Shown: positions 48,636 to 60,988, counted from the stretch's first letter. The stretch: DNA of 64,000 bases from an uncultured Gemmiger sp. (GCA_944388245.1 CALXIA010000004.1:14900-78899); one strand, 5' to 3'. Translations and numbers: made by a program. Notes: a model not told the origin generated them from the letters alone.

Positions 48636-48934
48636 CGTACCCAAAATTAGGCCCCAGTTTGAAAGATATTTTTCGCCCATTTTGGGCTTTGGTGAGGACT
48701 TGAACTAAATTCCGGCAGTTGTTCCCCGTTTTCCGCCGTTGTTTTCAGAATTATTCCGCTGTTTCCGAAAGGGAAACACCTGATTTATCGGTATGGGACG
48801 ACAAGCTCACCGTCATGCGGCTCTTTTTTAGTCTCGTCCTTCCGCTACTCTCCGCCAGCGGAAAGGACGAGCTATGAAAATCCCGAAAACCCCGAAAGAA
48901 TTTGACTAATATAAACGGTTACGAGGTGGGCATT

Positions 48935-49663
48935 ATGGATCGTTGGTATATTCAAGCGCTGAAGACCAGCTACTGTGTGGACCATTCCTACATTGCGAAT
49001 CTGGCTGTGGTAGAATATCTGAACAAAACGCGCTATTTGGATTTGGGGCAAAGCGTTACCTTTTTTGTGGGGGAAAACGGCACGGGCAAATCTACGCTGA
49101 TCGAAGCCATCGCTGTATGCGCAGGGTACAATGCGGAAGGCGGGTCAAAAAACTTCCGTTTTTCTTCAAGGGATACAACGTCAAATTTACACAACTACCT
49201 AACATTGGTAAAGGGATCCTATGAGAAGGACGGCTTCTTTTTGCGTGCCGAAAGTTTCTATAACGTTGCTACGCAGGTGGATGATCTGGGGATCGATCTA
49301 AGCGCCTATGGGGGGAAATCTTTGCACGAGCAATCACACGGCGAATGTTTTATGTCTTTGGTACAAAACAGGTTTCATGGAAATGGCCTGTACATACTGG
49401 ACGAACCCGAATCGGCGCTGTCTCCTTTAAGGCAACTCACCTTGCTGGGTGAAATGCATAGGCTGGTTGAACGTAACTCGCAATTTATCATTGCTACCCA
49501 CTCGCCAATATTACTTGCTTACCCAAACGCGAAAATCTATCAAATAACCGATGCTGGTATTGAGGAAGTGCGGTATGAAGACTGCGAACACTACAAATTG
49601 ACAAAGCAGTTTTTGGAGAATCCCAACCATTTCTTTAGATATTTGTTTTCAAATGCGGAATGA
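48935..49663 (+). CDS. Predicted ABC-like ATPase (COG3910 type) in a low-GC islet
   Basis: GENGTGKST, FFLRAESF, QSHGE, LDEPESALSP, IATHSP; AT-rich codon usage. Confidence 0.88.
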   Translation: MDRWYIQALKTSYCVDHSYIANLAVVEYLNKTRYLDLGQSVTFFVGENGTGKSTLIEAIAVCAGYNAEGGSKNFRFSSRDTTSNLHNYLTLVKGSYEKDGFFLRAESFYNVATQVDDLGIDLSAYGGKSLHEQSHGECFMSLVQNRFHGNGLYILDEPESALSPLRQLTLLGEMHRLVERNSQFIIATHSPILLAYPNAKIYQITDAGIEEVRYEDCEHYKLTKQFLENPNHFFRYLFSNAE

Positions 49664-49795
49664 TCTGTCCGTTTTTATTCAGCCGGCGTCGATCTTTCCG
49701 GGCCGGGGCGTTTCTTGTGCTTTTCGCGGGAAAGGGGTATACTCGTATCCGGTATGGCAGGGCCATGCGGAATTTTGGGGCGGAAGGTGCGGAAT

Positions 49796-50515
49796 ATGAT
49801 CGGGTTGGGAACGATCCTCAATGTGGCGGCGATCGTGGCGGGCGGTCTGATCGGGCTGGCGTTCAGCCGGGCGATCAGCGCCCGCTATCAGCAGACCCTG
49901 ATGCAGGCGATCGGGGTGTGCGTGGTGTTTGTGGGGATCGGCGGCGCGGTGCAGGAGATGATGACGGTGACGGCCGACGGCCTGCAGAGCGGCGGCACCA
50001 TGATGCTGGTGGTGAGCTACGCGGTGGGCGCGCTGCTGGGGGAGTGGATCAATCTGGAACAGCGGATCGAGCGGTTCGGGGAATGGCTGAAGATCCGCAC
50101 CGGCAACGCCCGGGAGAAACGCTTTGTGGACGGGTTCGTGACCGCGTCGCTGACCGTCAGCATCGGGGCGATGGCCATTGTGGGCGCCATCCAGGACGGC
50201 CTTTCCGGCGACTGGTCCACCCTGGCGCTCAAGGCGGTGCTGGACATGGTGATCGTCTGCGTGATGAGCGCGTCGATGGGCCGGGGCTGCGTCTTCGCGG
50301 CGATCCCGGTGGGGCTTCTGCAGGGCGCGGTGACCCTGCTGGCCCGGGCGGTGCAGCCGGTCATGACCGAAAAGGCGCTGGCCTACCTGTCCCTGACCGG
50401 GTCGGTGCTGATCTTCTGCGTGGGCATCAACCTGCTGTGGGAGAAGAAGCTGAAGGTGGCCAACCTGCTTCCCTCCATTCTGATCGCGGTGGTCTGCGCC
50501 TTCGCGGGGCTGTAA
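49796..50515 (+). CDS. DUF554 family membrane protein
   Basis: GTILN, GFVTASL..IGAMAIVGAIQDG, KAVLD, ANLLPS. Confidence 0.88.
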   Translation: MIGLGTILNVAAIVAGGLIGLAFSRAISARYQQTLMQAIGVCVVFVGIGGAVQEMMTVTADGLQSGGTMMLVVSYAVGALLGEWINLEQRIERFGEWLKIRTGNAREKRFVDGFVTASLTVSIGAMAIVGAIQDGLSGDWSTLALKAVLDMVIVCVMSASMGRGCVFAAIPVGLLQGAVTLLARAVQPVMTEKALAYLSLTGSVLIFCVGINLLWEKKLKVANLLPSILIAVVCAFAGL

Positions 50516-50527
50516 AATCGGAAACAG

Positions 50528-50560
50528 AAAACGCCGCAGGCGTGCCTGCGGCGCTTTTTG
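50528..50560. terminator. Bidirectional terminator
   Basis: CGCCGCAGGC-GT-GCCTGCGGCG flanked by A and T runs. Confidence 0.75.
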
Positions 50561-50578
50561 CGTTTTTGGGGCCGGCGG

Positions 50579-51244
50579 TCAGGTCGCCAGCCGGTAGATC
50601 AGGCAGGGCCGGCCGCCGGTGCTGTAGTTGGTGTCGCCGGTCAGCAGCCCTTCCCGGGCCAGGTAGGCCATGTAGCGGCGCACCGTCACCACCGAAAGCC
50701 CCGAGGCCACCGCCACCTCCTCGCAGGTGAAGGCCCGGTCCGGCTCGGCACGCATACAGGCCAGCACCCGCTCCTGGGTCTGGATCTGGATGCCCTTGGG
50801 CGGGGCGGCGGGCGCGGCGGGGGGGTGCAGCAGGCTGTCCAGCGCGCTCTGGTCCAAAGTGCCGGTGCGCACCGCGCTGCGCCGCCGGCAGAAGGCGTCC
50901 AGCGCCCGGCAGAACCGCTCGTAGGCGAAGGGCTTGACCAGATAGTCCACCACGCCCAGCCGGGTCAGCGCCTCCACAGTGGCGGCGTCGTTGGCGGCGG
51001 TGATCATGATCACGTCCGATTCCACCCCCGCCGCGCGGATCGCCCGCAGAAACTCCAGCCCGTTCATCTGGGGCATATAAAAATCCAGGATGATCAGGTT
51101 GGCGGTGTTCTGCCGCAGCCAGTCCAGCGCCCGGCGGGGCTGGGCAAAGCACTGGGAGACGGTGAACCGGCCGTCCCGCTCGGTGTAGCGGCGGTTCAGT
51201 TCGGTGATCATCGGGTCGTCTTCCACGATCAGGACGGTATACAT
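50579..51244 (-). CDS. CitB/DcuR/MalR-family response regulator
   Basis: VEDDPM, LDFYMP, ITAAND, DYLVKPF, S.VTVRRY, GGRP. Confidence 0.92.
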   Translation of the reverse strand: MYTVLIVEDDPMITELNRRYTERDGRFTVSQCFAQPRRALDWLRQNTANLIILDFYMPQMNGLEFLRAIRAAGVESDVIMITAANDAATVEALTRLGVVDYLVKPFAYERFCRALDAFCRRRSAVRTGTLDQSALDSLLHPPAAPAAPPKGIQIQTQERVLACMRAEPDRAFTCEEVAVASGLSVVTVRRYMAYLAREGLLTGDTNYSTGGRPCLIYRLAT

Positions 51245-51259
51245 CGGGTCTGCCCCCTC

Positions 51260-52882
51260 TCAGCTTTTGGCCGCCGCGTCGGCGCGGAAGGTGATAATAA
51301 AGGAACTGCCCACCCCCGGGGCGGACTCCACCCGGATCTCGCCCCCGTAGGTGTCCACCAGGCTCTTGACCAGGAACAGCCCGGTGCCGTGCCCCTCCCC
51401 CTTGGTGGTGCTGCCCCGCACAAAAAGGCGTTCCCGGATCTGCTCGGTCATGCCGCAGGCGTTGTCGTCCACGCTCAGGATCAGGCCCTGCTCGCTCTCC
51501 CGCAGGGAAACGTCCAACACGTGGGGCGCGTCGGCGGGAACATGGGTAAAGGCGTCAAAGGCGTTTTCGATCAGGTTGCCCAGAATGGTGATCAGGCTGG
51601 AAGGGGGCAGAAAATGGCACTCGGCGCTCAGGCGGCTCTCCGGGTCCAGGGTCATGCGCACCCCCAGCTCGGCGGCCCGGAACCCCTTGCCGATCAGCAG
51701 CGCCGCCACCGACGGCTCCGCGATCCGCTGGGAGATCCGCCCCACCGAGAGCGCCTTGGTCTGGGTCAGCTGCAGCACATACTCCTCGGCCCGCTGGTAT
51801 TCCCCCAGCTGCAGCAGCCCCAGGATCACATGCAGCTTGTTCATGAATTCGTGGGTGTAGGCCCGCATGGCCTCCACCATGTGCTGCACGCCGGTGAGCT
51901 CCCGGGCCAGGTTGGACACCTCGGTGCGGTTGCGGAAGATGGCCACCGCCCCCACGATCTGCCCGTCCCGCCGCACCGGCATCCGGTCCGACAGGATCTG
52001 CACCTGGCGCAGCGAGCGCAGGTTCACGTTGAACTCCGGCTGCTCGGTGCGCAGCACCCGGGGAATGGTGGACCGGGGGGCCACCTCCGCCAGGGGCCGG
52101 CCCACAACGGCGTTTTTGTCCAGCGACAGCATCTCCGCCGCCGCCCGGTTGATGTAGATGATCCGGCTGTCCCGGTCGATGGCCAGCAGCCCCTCGTCCA
52201 GCGCGTCCAGCAGTTCCATCCGGCGCAAAAACAGGTCCCGGAAAGCGTCCGGCTCATAGCCCAGCAGGTCGCTCTTGATCCGCTGGGCCAGCCGGTGGCT
52301 CAGAAAGCTGCCCACCCCCAGCGCCGCCATGCCGATCAGCAGGTAGATCGCCAGGGTGTGCAGGGCGGTGTTGCGGATGGAGCGCAGATACATCCCCGCC
52401 ATCACATAGCCCTGGAGGGACCCGTCGGTGCGGTGGACGGCGGAAAAGGCGCAGTAGGCCGCACCGGCCGGCGCCGTGTCCTGCTGCAGAAGGGGGTCGG
52501 CGCTGGTCTGCGTCTGCCGGATCAGTTCCGGCTCCAGCGCCGGCAGCGAGGCGGCCTCCACCGGGCTGCCGGTGGTATCGCAGAAATAGACCGGCGCGCC
52601 CTGCGGGTCGTAGACCGCGAACAGATCGATGCCCGAGATCCCGTAGACGGTGCGGTCCACATATTCCTCGATGCGCGCCGGGTCGGCCCCGTCGGTGATG
52701 GTCAGGGTGTGGGACACCGCGTGCACGGCGGTGGTCAGGGTGTCCTCCCGGCCGCGCCACTCCTGCATCAGGTTCAGCGAGAGCCCGGCGCCGGTGGCCA
52801 GCACCATGGTCACCAGGATGCCCAGCACCGACACCCGATGGATCTGCTGATAAACGGTATGTCCGGCGGTCCTTCTTCCCAT
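51260..52882 (-). CDS. CitA/DcuS/MalK-family sensor histidine kinase
   Basis: Two TM segments plus PAS; RAYTHEFMNKLHVILGLL, ILGNLIENAFDA, GTGLFLV. Confidence 0.92.
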   Translation of the reverse strand: MGRRTAGHTVYQQIHRVSVLGILVTMVLATGAGLSLNLMQEWRGREDTLTTAVHAVSHTLTITDGADPARIEEYVDRTVYGISGIDLFAVYDPQGAPVYFCDTTGSPVEAASLPALEPELIRQTQTSADPLLQQDTAPAGAAYCAFSAVHRTDGSLQGYVMAGMYLRSIRNTALHTLAIYLLIGMAALGVGSFLSHRLAQRIKSDLLGYEPDAFRDLFLRRMELLDALDEGLLAIDRDSRIIYINRAAAEMLSLDKNAVVGRPLAEVAPRSTIPRVLRTEQPEFNVNLRSLRQVQILSDRMPVRRDGQIVGAVAIFRNRTEVSNLARELTGVQHMVEAMRAYTHEFMNKLHVILGLLQLGEYQRAEEYVLQLTQTKALSVGRISQRIAEPSVAALLIGKGFRAAELGVRMTLDPESRLSAECHFLPPSSLITILGNLIENAFDAFTHVPADAPHVLDVSLRESEQGLILSVDDNACGMTEQIRERLFVRGSTTKGEGHGTGLFLVKSLVDTYGGEIRVESAPGVGSSFIITFRADAAAKS

Positions 52883-53081
52883 ACGGCGCTCCTTCCCTCG
52901 GCGGGATACTTTCTGCGGTAATGATAGCACCTTGGCAAAGAATCGTCAATCTTACACAAAGTTTCTTCTCTTTCGGGCCGGGAAACCCACGCCTTGCACG
53001 GTTTTATTTTTTTTATTTTCGTAAGGCTTACCACAAGGCCGCGGCAGGCGTAAGATAAACGTGAAAAAGAGGTGAACAAGT

Positions 53082-53777
53082 TTGGAAGGTTTCAAAGAAA
53101 CTCTGGTTGATGCGCTTGCCAACAAGACCGCGTTTACGATCCCGGCCTTGGGCGGCATCCCCATCAGCTCGGCCGTACTGGTGACCTGGATCATCATGGC
53201 GTTCTGGATCATCTTCACCCTGCTGGCCACCCGCAATCTCAAGGTCAGCAATCCCGGGAAGATGCAGATCGTGCTGGAATCCGCCGTGGAATTCCTCAAC
53301 GGATTCGTCAAGACCACCATCGGCCCGCACTGGCGCCCCTTTGCCCCCTATCTGGGCAGCGTGGCGCTGTACATCGGCCTGGCAGACATCATCAGCATTT
53401 TCGGCCTGACGCCCCCCACCAAGGACGTCAGCGTGACCGCCGCCCTGGCGTTCATGAGCATGATGCTGATCTACGGCGCGCAGTTCCGGTACAACGGCCT
53501 GCGCAACGGCCTGAAACGTTTTGCCGAGCCCATGCCCCTGCTGACCCCCATCAACCTGATGGAGATCGCGATCCGTCCGCTGGCATTGTGTATGCGACTG
53601 TTCGGCAACGTGCTGGGCGCCTTCATCATCATGGAGATCATCAAGTACATCGTGCCTGCCGTGGTACCGGCCGTCTTCTGTATCTACTTCGATCTGTTCG
53701 ACGGCCTGATCCAGACGATCGTCTTTGTGTTTTTGACCGCTTTGTTCGCTGGCGAGGGCATCAAGGAAGAAGAGTGA
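53082..53777 (+). CDS. atpB: F0F1 ATP synthase subunit a
   Basis: PPTKD, RPLALCMRLFGN, IQTIVFVFLT; TTG start after AGAGGTG. Confidence 0.93.
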   Translation: MEGFKETLVDALANKTAFTIPALGGIPISSAVLVTWIIMAFWIIFTLLATRNLKVSNPGKMQIVLESAVEFLNGFVKTTIGPHWRPFAPYLGSVALYIGLADIISIFGLTPPTKDVSVTAALAFMSMMLIYGAQFRYNGLRNGLKRFAEPMPLLTPINLMEIAIRPLALCMRLFGNVLGAFIIMEIIKYIVPAVVPAVFCIYFDLFDGLIQTIVFVFLTALFAGEGIKEEE

Positions 53778-53839
53778 GCCCCGCTTCATCCTCGCGGCAC
53801 GCCGCCGCCCATCTAACGTATTTTTAGGAGGAAACCATT

Positions 53840-54058
53840 ATGTCTATCGGAATCATCGCCGCAGGTCTCGCTGTTTTCACCGGCATCGGCGCCGGCATCG
53901 GTATCGGCATCGCCACCGCCCACGCCAGTGAGGCGATCGCCCGTCAGCCGGAGGCTTCCGGCAAGATCAACAGCACCCTGCTGCTGGGCTGCGCCATGGC
54001 GGAAGGTACTGCGATCTTCGGCTTCATCACTGCGCTGATCATCGTGTTCATGGGTTAA
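53840..54058 (+). CDS. atpE: F0F1 ATP synthase subunit c
   Basis: GxGxGxG, ARQPE loop, AEGTAIF (lacks the Q..ES/T..Y Na+ signature, so H+-type inferred). Confidence 0.95.
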   Translation: MSIGIIAAGLAVFTGIGAGIGIGIATAHASEAIARQPEASGKINSTLLLGCAMAEGTAIFGFITALIIVFMG

Positions 54059-54074
54059 AAGGAGGTGTGCCGCA

Positions 54075-54563
54075 ATGCTGGATTTCCAGCCGTGGACGAT
54101 CTTTTTTACCATCGTCAACCTGTTGATTCTGTATTTCTTTTTCCGCAAATTTCTGTTCGGGCGCGTCAACGCCGTGCTGGAACAGCGTGAGCAGCTGATC
54201 CGCAACCAGATGGAAGCGGCCCAGCAGGGCAACGCCGAGGCCCAGAAGGCCAAGCAGGAATATGAGAGCAAGCTGGCTGGCGCCCGGCAGGAAGCCGCCG
54301 AGCTGGTGGCGGACGCCCGCCGCCGCGCCGACGCGGCCTACGCCGACCGGATGGCCCAGGCCGAGGCCGACGCCAAGCAGACGGCGGCCGAAGCCGAGGC
54401 CCGCATCGCGGCCGAACGCAGCGAGATGCTGCGCTCCGCCCGGGGCGAAGTGGCCCAGCTGGCCGTTCTGGCCGCCACCGAGGTGGCGGGCAAGCGGCTG
54501 GACACCGATTCGGACCGTGCCCTGGCCGAGGAATTTCTGGCAAAGGTGGGTGAGCAGGCATGA
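54075..54563 (+). CDS. atpF: F0F1 ATP synthase subunit b
   Basis: N-terminal TM then Ala/Glu coiled coil; operon position. Confidence 0.92.
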   Translation: MLDFQPWTIFFTIVNLLILYFFFRKFLFGRVNAVLEQREQLIRNQMEAAQQGNAEAQKAKQEYESKLAGARQEAAELVADARRRADAAYADRMAQAEADAKQTAAEAEARIAAERSEMLRSARGEVAQLAVLAATEVAGKRLDTDSDRALAEEFLAKVGEQA

Positions 54564-56599
54564 GCGAAGCGACCGAGCGTTACGCCGCGGCCCTGTTCGG
54601 GGCCGTGCAGGGGGACGCGGAGACCGTGCGTGCCGCCGCCGACGCCCTGATGGCCGACACCCGGCGCTGGAGCGTCCTGGTGAGCGACGCCACCAGCGCC
54701 GCCGAGAAGAAGGAACTGCTGGCCGGCGCGCCTCAGCTGGACGGGCAGGACGCGCTGAAAGCCTTTTTGCAGCTGCTGCTGGAAGAGGGCCATCTGGACG
54801 CGCTGCCTGAGATCCTGCCGGAGTTTTCCCGCCTGGCGCTGAACGCCCAGGGCGGCATCGAATGTGTGATGACCTGCGCCCGTCAGCCGGACCAGGCCAC
54901 CCAGGAGGCCGTGCGCAAGGCGGCCTGCAAGCTGCGCGGCGTGCAGAACGTGGTGCTGCGCATCAAGATCGACCCCAGCCTGCTGGGCGGCTTTGTGCTG
55001 GACGTGGACGGCGTGACCTATGACCGCAGCGTCAAGGGCCGTCTGGCCCGCCTGGCCCGGGGCATGGAGAACGCCCCCGCCGACAAGGCGCTGGACGACC
55101 TGGCCGCCCAGATGAAGCAGAGCCTCTCCGGCAGCGCCGGGGATGAGATGGCCACCGAGACCGGCCGCGTGCTGGAGATCGGGGACGGCATCGCCAACGT
55201 GAGCGGGCTGCGCCACGCGGTCTACGGCGAGCGGGTGGAGTTTGAGAACGGCACCGCCGGCCTGATCCTGGACCTGCGCCGCAAGCGCACCGGCGTGGTG
55301 CTGCTGGGCAGCGCCAAGGGCCTGACCGAGGGCAGCCTGGTGCGCCGCACCGGCCGCCCCGCCGACGTGCCGGTGGGCGAGGGCCTGATCGGCCGCGCCG
55401 TGGACGCGCTGGGCCGGCCCATCGACGGGCTGGGCCCCATCGAATACACCGAGACCCGCCCCATCGAGCATGAGGCCTCCGGCGTGGTCAGCCGCGAGCC
55501 GGTCAACCAGCCCATGCAGACCGGCATCCTGGCCATCGACTCCATGGTGCCCATCGGCCGCGGCCAGCGTGAGCTGATCATCGGGGACCGCCAGACCGGC
55601 AAGACCTCCATCGCCACCGACGCCATTCTGAACCAGAAGGGTCAGAACATGATCTGCATCTATGTGGCCATCGGGCAGAAGGCGTCCACCGTGGCCCGCC
55701 TGCGGGAGACCCTGAAAAAGCACGGCGCCATGGAGTACAGCATCGTGGTCTCCGCCCCCGCCGGCGAGGGCGCGTCCATGCAGTACATCGCCCCCTACGC
55801 GGGCGCTGCCATGGGCGAGTATTTCATGTCCAAGGGCAAGGACGTGCTGATCGTCTACGACGATCTGTCCAAGCACGCGGTGGCCTACCGGACCCTGTCC
55901 CTGCTGCTGCGCCGCTCCCCCGGCCGTGAGGCCTATCCGGGCGACGTGTTCTATCTGCACAGCCGTCTGCTGGAGCGCGCCTGCCGCCTGACCAAGGAGT
56001 ACGGCGGCGGTTCCATGACCGCGCTGCCCATCGTGGAGACCCAGGCGGGCGACGTGTCCGCCTACATCCCCACCAACGTGATCTCCATCACCGACGGCCA
56101 GATCTATCTGGAGAGCGGGCTGTTCTTCGCGGGCCAGCGCCCGGCCGTCAACGTGGGCCTGTCGGTGTCCCGTGTGGGCGGCGCCGCCCAGACCCGCGCC
56201 ATCAAAAAGACCGCCGGTACCCTGCGTATCGACCTGGCCCGCTACCGGGAACTGGAGGTATTCACCCAGTTCAGTTCCGATCTGGACGCCGAGACCCGGC
56301 AGGCCCTGGACCACGGCAAGCGGATGATGGCGCTGCTGCGCCAGCCCCTGTGCACGCCCATGTCGGTGGCCCGCCAGGCGGTGATCCTGTACGTGGCCAC
56401 CAACGGCCTGCTGTCCGATGTGCCGGTGGAAAAATCCGCCGGTTTCGTCAAGGATTTTGCCGACCTGATGGAGCGCGAGCAGGCGGACCTGATGCAGGAG
56501 ATCAATGACACCGGCGCGCTGTCCGGCGCCGCTACCGAGCAGATCCGCACCACACTGCAGAGCTACAAAGAGCAGGTGAGCGCCACATGGCAAGCATAA
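54560..56599 (+). CDS. atpA: ATP synthase delta-alpha fusion (AtpH-AtpA)
   Basis: N-terminal [24 protein letters not shown] (delta) in frame with [31 protein letters not shown] (alpha). Confidence 0.92.
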   Translation: MSEATERYAAALFGAVQGDAETVRAAADALMADTRRWSVLVSDATSAAEKKELLAGAPQLDGQDALKAFLQLLLEEGHLDALPEILPEFSRLALNAQGGIECVMTCARQPDQATQEAVRKAACKLRGVQNVVLRIKIDPSLLGGFVLDVDGVTYDRSVKGRLARLARGMENAPADKALDDLAAQMKQSLSGSAGDEMATETGRVLEIGDGIANVSGLRHAVYGERVEFENGTAGLILDLRRKRTGVVLLGSAKGLTEGSLVRRTGRPADVPVGEGLIGRAVDALGRPIDGLGPIEYTETRPIEHEASGVVSREPVNQPMQTGILAIDSMVPIGRGQRELIIGDRQTGKTSIATDAILNQKGQNMICIYVAIGQKASTVARLRETLKKHGAMEYSIVVSAPAGEGASMQYIAPYAGAAMGEYFMSKGKDVLIVYDDLSKHAVAYRTLSLLLRRSPGREAYPGDVFYLHSRLLERACRLTKEYGGGSMTALPIVETQAGDVSAYIPTNVISITDGQIYLESGLFFAGQRPAVNVGLSVSRVGGAAQTRAIKKTAGTLRIDLARYRELEVFTQFSSDLDAETRQALDHGKRMMALLRQPLCTPMSVARQAVILYVATNGLLSDVPVEKSAGFVKDFADLMEREQADLMQEINDTGALSGAATEQIRTTLQSYKEQVSATWQA

Positions 56600-57510
56600 A
56601 GGAGATCCGCAACCACATCGACAGTGTGCAGCAGACCCTCAAGATCACCAACGCCATGTATCTGATCTCCTCCTCCAAGCTGCGCAAGGCCCGCCGTCAG
56701 CTGGCCGACGTGCAGCCCTATTTTGAGAAGATCACCCAGACCATTTCGGATATTCTGCACCGCACCAGCGGGGTGGAGCACGCCTACTTCGACGCCCGCC
56801 CCGGCCGGCCCCACAAGGTGGGCTACATCGTCATCACCGGCGACAAGGGCCTGGCGGGCGCCTACAACCACAACGTGCTGCGCCTGGTGGAGGAGGAAAT
56901 GGCCAAGGTGGACGATCCCACCCTGTTTTTGATCGGGCAGTCCGGCCGGAACTATTTTATGCACAAGGGCTGCAAGATCGACGGCGAGTTCATGTACACC
57001 GCCCAGGATCCCACCCCCTACCGGGCCCGGGAGATCGGGGATATCTTCATCGATCTGTTCCTCAAGGGGCACCTGGATGAGGTGTACGTGGTCTACACCG
57101 AGATGGTCACCGCCATGCAGATGGAACCCAAGATGGTCAAGCTGCTGCCCCTGGACCAGGACGCGTTCGACTGGAAACCCCGCCAGCGTGCCGACGGCCG
57201 CGAGCGGCGGAAGGTCGCCTATGTTCCCTCCGCGGAGCATGTGCTCAACCACATCGTGCCCTCCTATCTGAAAGGGGTGCTGTTCGGCACCCTGGTGGAG
57301 TCCTTCTGTTCCGAGCAGAACGCCCGTATGAACGCCATGGACACCGCCACCGACAACGCCCGCTCTTTGCTGAAGGAGCTGTCGCTGCACTACAACCGTG
57401 CCCGGCAGTCCGCCATCACCCAGGAGATCACCGAGATCGTGGGCGGCGCGCAGCCCGGCGGCGACGACTGGGACGATGACTGGGACGACGAGGAGCAAGC
57501 CGACCTGTAA
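56587..57510 (+). CDS. atpG: F0F1 ATP synthase subunit gamma
   Basis: [40 protein letters not shown]. Confidence 0.96.
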   Translation: MASIKEIRNHIDSVQQTLKITNAMYLISSSKLRKARRQLADVQPYFEKITQTISDILHRTSGVEHAYFDARPGRPHKVGYIVITGDKGLAGAYNHNVLRLVEEEMAKVDDPTLFLIGQSGRNYFMHKGCKIDGEFMYTAQDPTPYRAREIGDIFIDLFLKGHLDEVYVVYTEMVTAMQMEPKMVKLLPLDQDAFDWKPRQRADGRERRKVAYVPSAEHVLNHIVPSYLKGVLFGTLVESFCSEQNARMNAMDTATDNARSLLKELSLHYNRARQSAITQEITEIVGGAQPGGDDWDDDWDDEEQADL

Positions 57511-58952
<1,442 letters not shown>

Positions 58953-58953
<1 letters not shown>

Positions 58954-59363
58954 TGGATAAGACCTTTCAGCTGGAGATCGTGACCCCGGAGCGGCAGTTC
59001 TATAGCGGCCCGGTGGAGAGCCTTGTGCTGCCCGCGCTGGACGGGGAGTACGGCGTGCTGCCCGGCCATGAGCCGGTGGTCACCGCCGTGGAACCGGGCG
59101 AGGTCCGTTACAAGACGGACGGGGTCTGGCACAGCGTGGTCGTGACCCAGGGCCTGGCCGAGCTAATGTCCGACTACGCCATCGTGCTGGTCTCCACCGC
59201 CGAGCGGCCGGAGGAGATCGACGCGGCCCGCGCCCAGCGCGCCAAGGAGCGCGCCGAGGAACGGCTGCGCCAGCACGCCAGCCAGCAGGAATACTACCGC
59301 AGCAAGGCCGCCCTGGCCCGGGCCAACGCCCGGCTGCACGGCAGTATGCGCAACCGGAACTGA
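58953..59363 (+). CDS. atpC: F0F1 ATP synthase subunit epsilon
   Basis: LEIVTPE, GVLPGH, EID..RA..A.ERAE. Confidence 0.95.
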
Positions 59364-59393
59364 CCGTTTGCGCGAAAAAGGCACCAACAAACA

Positions 59394-59433
59394 AGGAGAC
59401 AGGTTTTCCCGCCGGGAAAACCTGTCTCCTTTT
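59394..59433. terminator. Bidirectional terminator (atp operon / larA)
   Basis: AAGGAGACAGGTTTTCCC-GCC-GGGAAAACCTGTCTCCTT. Confidence 0.85.
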
Positions 59434-59446
59434 GTGCTGTGGGCTC

Positions 59447-60745
59447 TCAACGCTGGGGCAGCGGGAAGGTGCTGCCGCCGTGGGGCATCAGGAGGGTCTT
59501 GACCCCCGCCAGGCTGCCGCCGGCGGCCTGCGCGGCCAGGGTCAGCGCCTGGTCCAGGGTGCGGGCCGTGCGGATGCGGGTGTGGGCAAAGCGCTCGGCG
59601 GGGATGTCGGTGATCAGGATCAGGGTGTACTTCTCCGCCGCCTCGGCAAAGAGAAAGCCCACAAAGCCGCCGATGGAAAAGTCGGCCCGCAGCGCCTTCT
59701 CCCGCTCGGCCATGGTGGCATAGTCGCAGATCTGGGCCTGGCAGTCCGGGTCCCCGAAGCCCTCCCGGCACTGGGACAGCAGGATCATGGTGCCCCCCGG
59801 CGCCACCGCCGCCAGGGCGTTGGAGAGGGTCTTGGAGGTCTGGTAGAAGTTGATGTCCTTGGGATAGCCGCCCGCGCTGGCGATCACCAGCGGGGCCCGG
59901 CAGGGGATCGGCACCCCGTCCAGCCGCTGCACCGCCCGGGTGGCCGCCTCGTGGGCCAGCCGCCAGTCGCCGGCGAAGGCGCCCACGATCTGGTAGTCGT
60001 CGTCCACGATCACGTTCAGCAGATAGGCCGGTTTGGCAAAGGCCGCGCACTCCATCAGGTCGCTGTGGAAGGGGTTGTCGTCGGTCATGTTGCCGTTGCA
60101 CACCCGCGGGTTGGAACCGCTGCCCAGCCCCTTGTTCAGCGCGTTGTTGTGGTTGGTGTTGATGGTCTGTCGGCCGGCGATGCCCGGCACGATGGACTTG
60201 CGCCCGCCGCCGAAGCCCGCCAGAACGTGGTAGACCACCCCGCCGGTCAGAAGGATCTTGTCGCACTCCATGGCGTGGCGGTTCAGCCAGACCGGCGTGC
60301 CCCGGCTGGTGGCGCCCACATAGGTCAGGTTGGCCTTGTCATCGCACCGGTGGTCCAGAAACCGGATGCGCCGGTACAGATCCTCCCCCACCAGGGAGAT
60401 GTGCTCCGCCTCGGTCTGGGCCCGGTGGGTGCCGGTGGCGCAGAGGATCAGGATGTCCCCGTCCGGGATGCCGGCCCGGTTGAGCCGCTCCACCAGCACC
60501 GGCAGATAGGCGCTGGGCTGCTGCCAGCGGCGGGTGATGTCCGAGATCACGATGCACACCTTGTCCCCGGGGCGGAATGTCTCCTCCAAAGGCCCGGCGC
60601 CGATCGGATGGTCCAGGGCGTACTCGATGTGCTCGCGCACCGTCCGCTTGGGCAGATCCACCGTGTTGGCATGGACCTCGGCCAGGATCTGCCCGGGATC
60701 CAGGGGCACCGAAAAGGCGGTGTCGCTGTATTTCATGGGTTCCAT
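59447..60745 (-). CDS. larA: Nickel-pincer-dependent lactate racemase family protein (LarA homolog)
   Basis: SDITR, ATGTHR, H..AGFGGGRKSIVPG, NH, GGYPKDINFYQ..K. Confidence 0.85.
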   Translation of the reverse strand: MEPMKYSDTAFSVPLDPGQILAEVHANTVDLPKRTVREHIEYALDHPIGAGPLEETFRPGDKVCIVISDITRRWQQPSAYLPVLVERLNRAGIPDGDILILCATGTHRAQTEAEHISLVGEDLYRRIRFLDHRCDDKANLTYVGATSRGTPVWLNRHAMECDKILLTGGVVYHVLAGFGGGRKSIVPGIAGRQTINTNHNNALNKGLGSGSNPRVCNGNMTDDNPFHSDLMECAAFAKPAYLLNVIVDDDYQIVGAFAGDWRLAHEAATRAVQRLDGVPIPCRAPLVIASAGGYPKDINFYQTSKTLSNALAAVAPGGTMILLSQCREGFGDPDCQAQICDYATMAEREKALRADFSIGGFVGFLFAEAAEKYTLILITDIPAERFAHTRIRTARTLDQALTLAAQAAGGSLAGVKTLLMPHGGSTFPLPQR

Positions 60746-60958
60746 ATCGTTTTCCCCCCTCATAAAGCACGAAACCGGGGCCGCGCCCCGGAAACTGGTT
60801 CCTACTTCTGTATGGTAACACGTTGCCGAATAAAAATCAACGGGGGAAAAGCGGACCTGCCGCAGGGGCCGGCGCCGTCATTTTGCGAAAAAAGGCGGCG
60901 GGGAATTCGGCAGATCGACGAAATCCTGCCCCGGCCCGCCCCGCGCGGGAAAACCCCC

Positions 60959-60988
60959 TTGACAAGCGGGCGGTGACTGGGGTATAGT
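60959..60988 (+). promoter_or_regulatory. Sigma-A promoter of the leader/ABC exporter operon
   Basis: TTGACA-N18-TATAGT. Confidence 0.7.

Noticed and set aside
53840-54058. Possible Na+-translocating ATP synthase
   Set aside because: Subunit c lacks the Gln, Ser and Tyr of the Na+-binding signature (has GIAT and EGTAIF)
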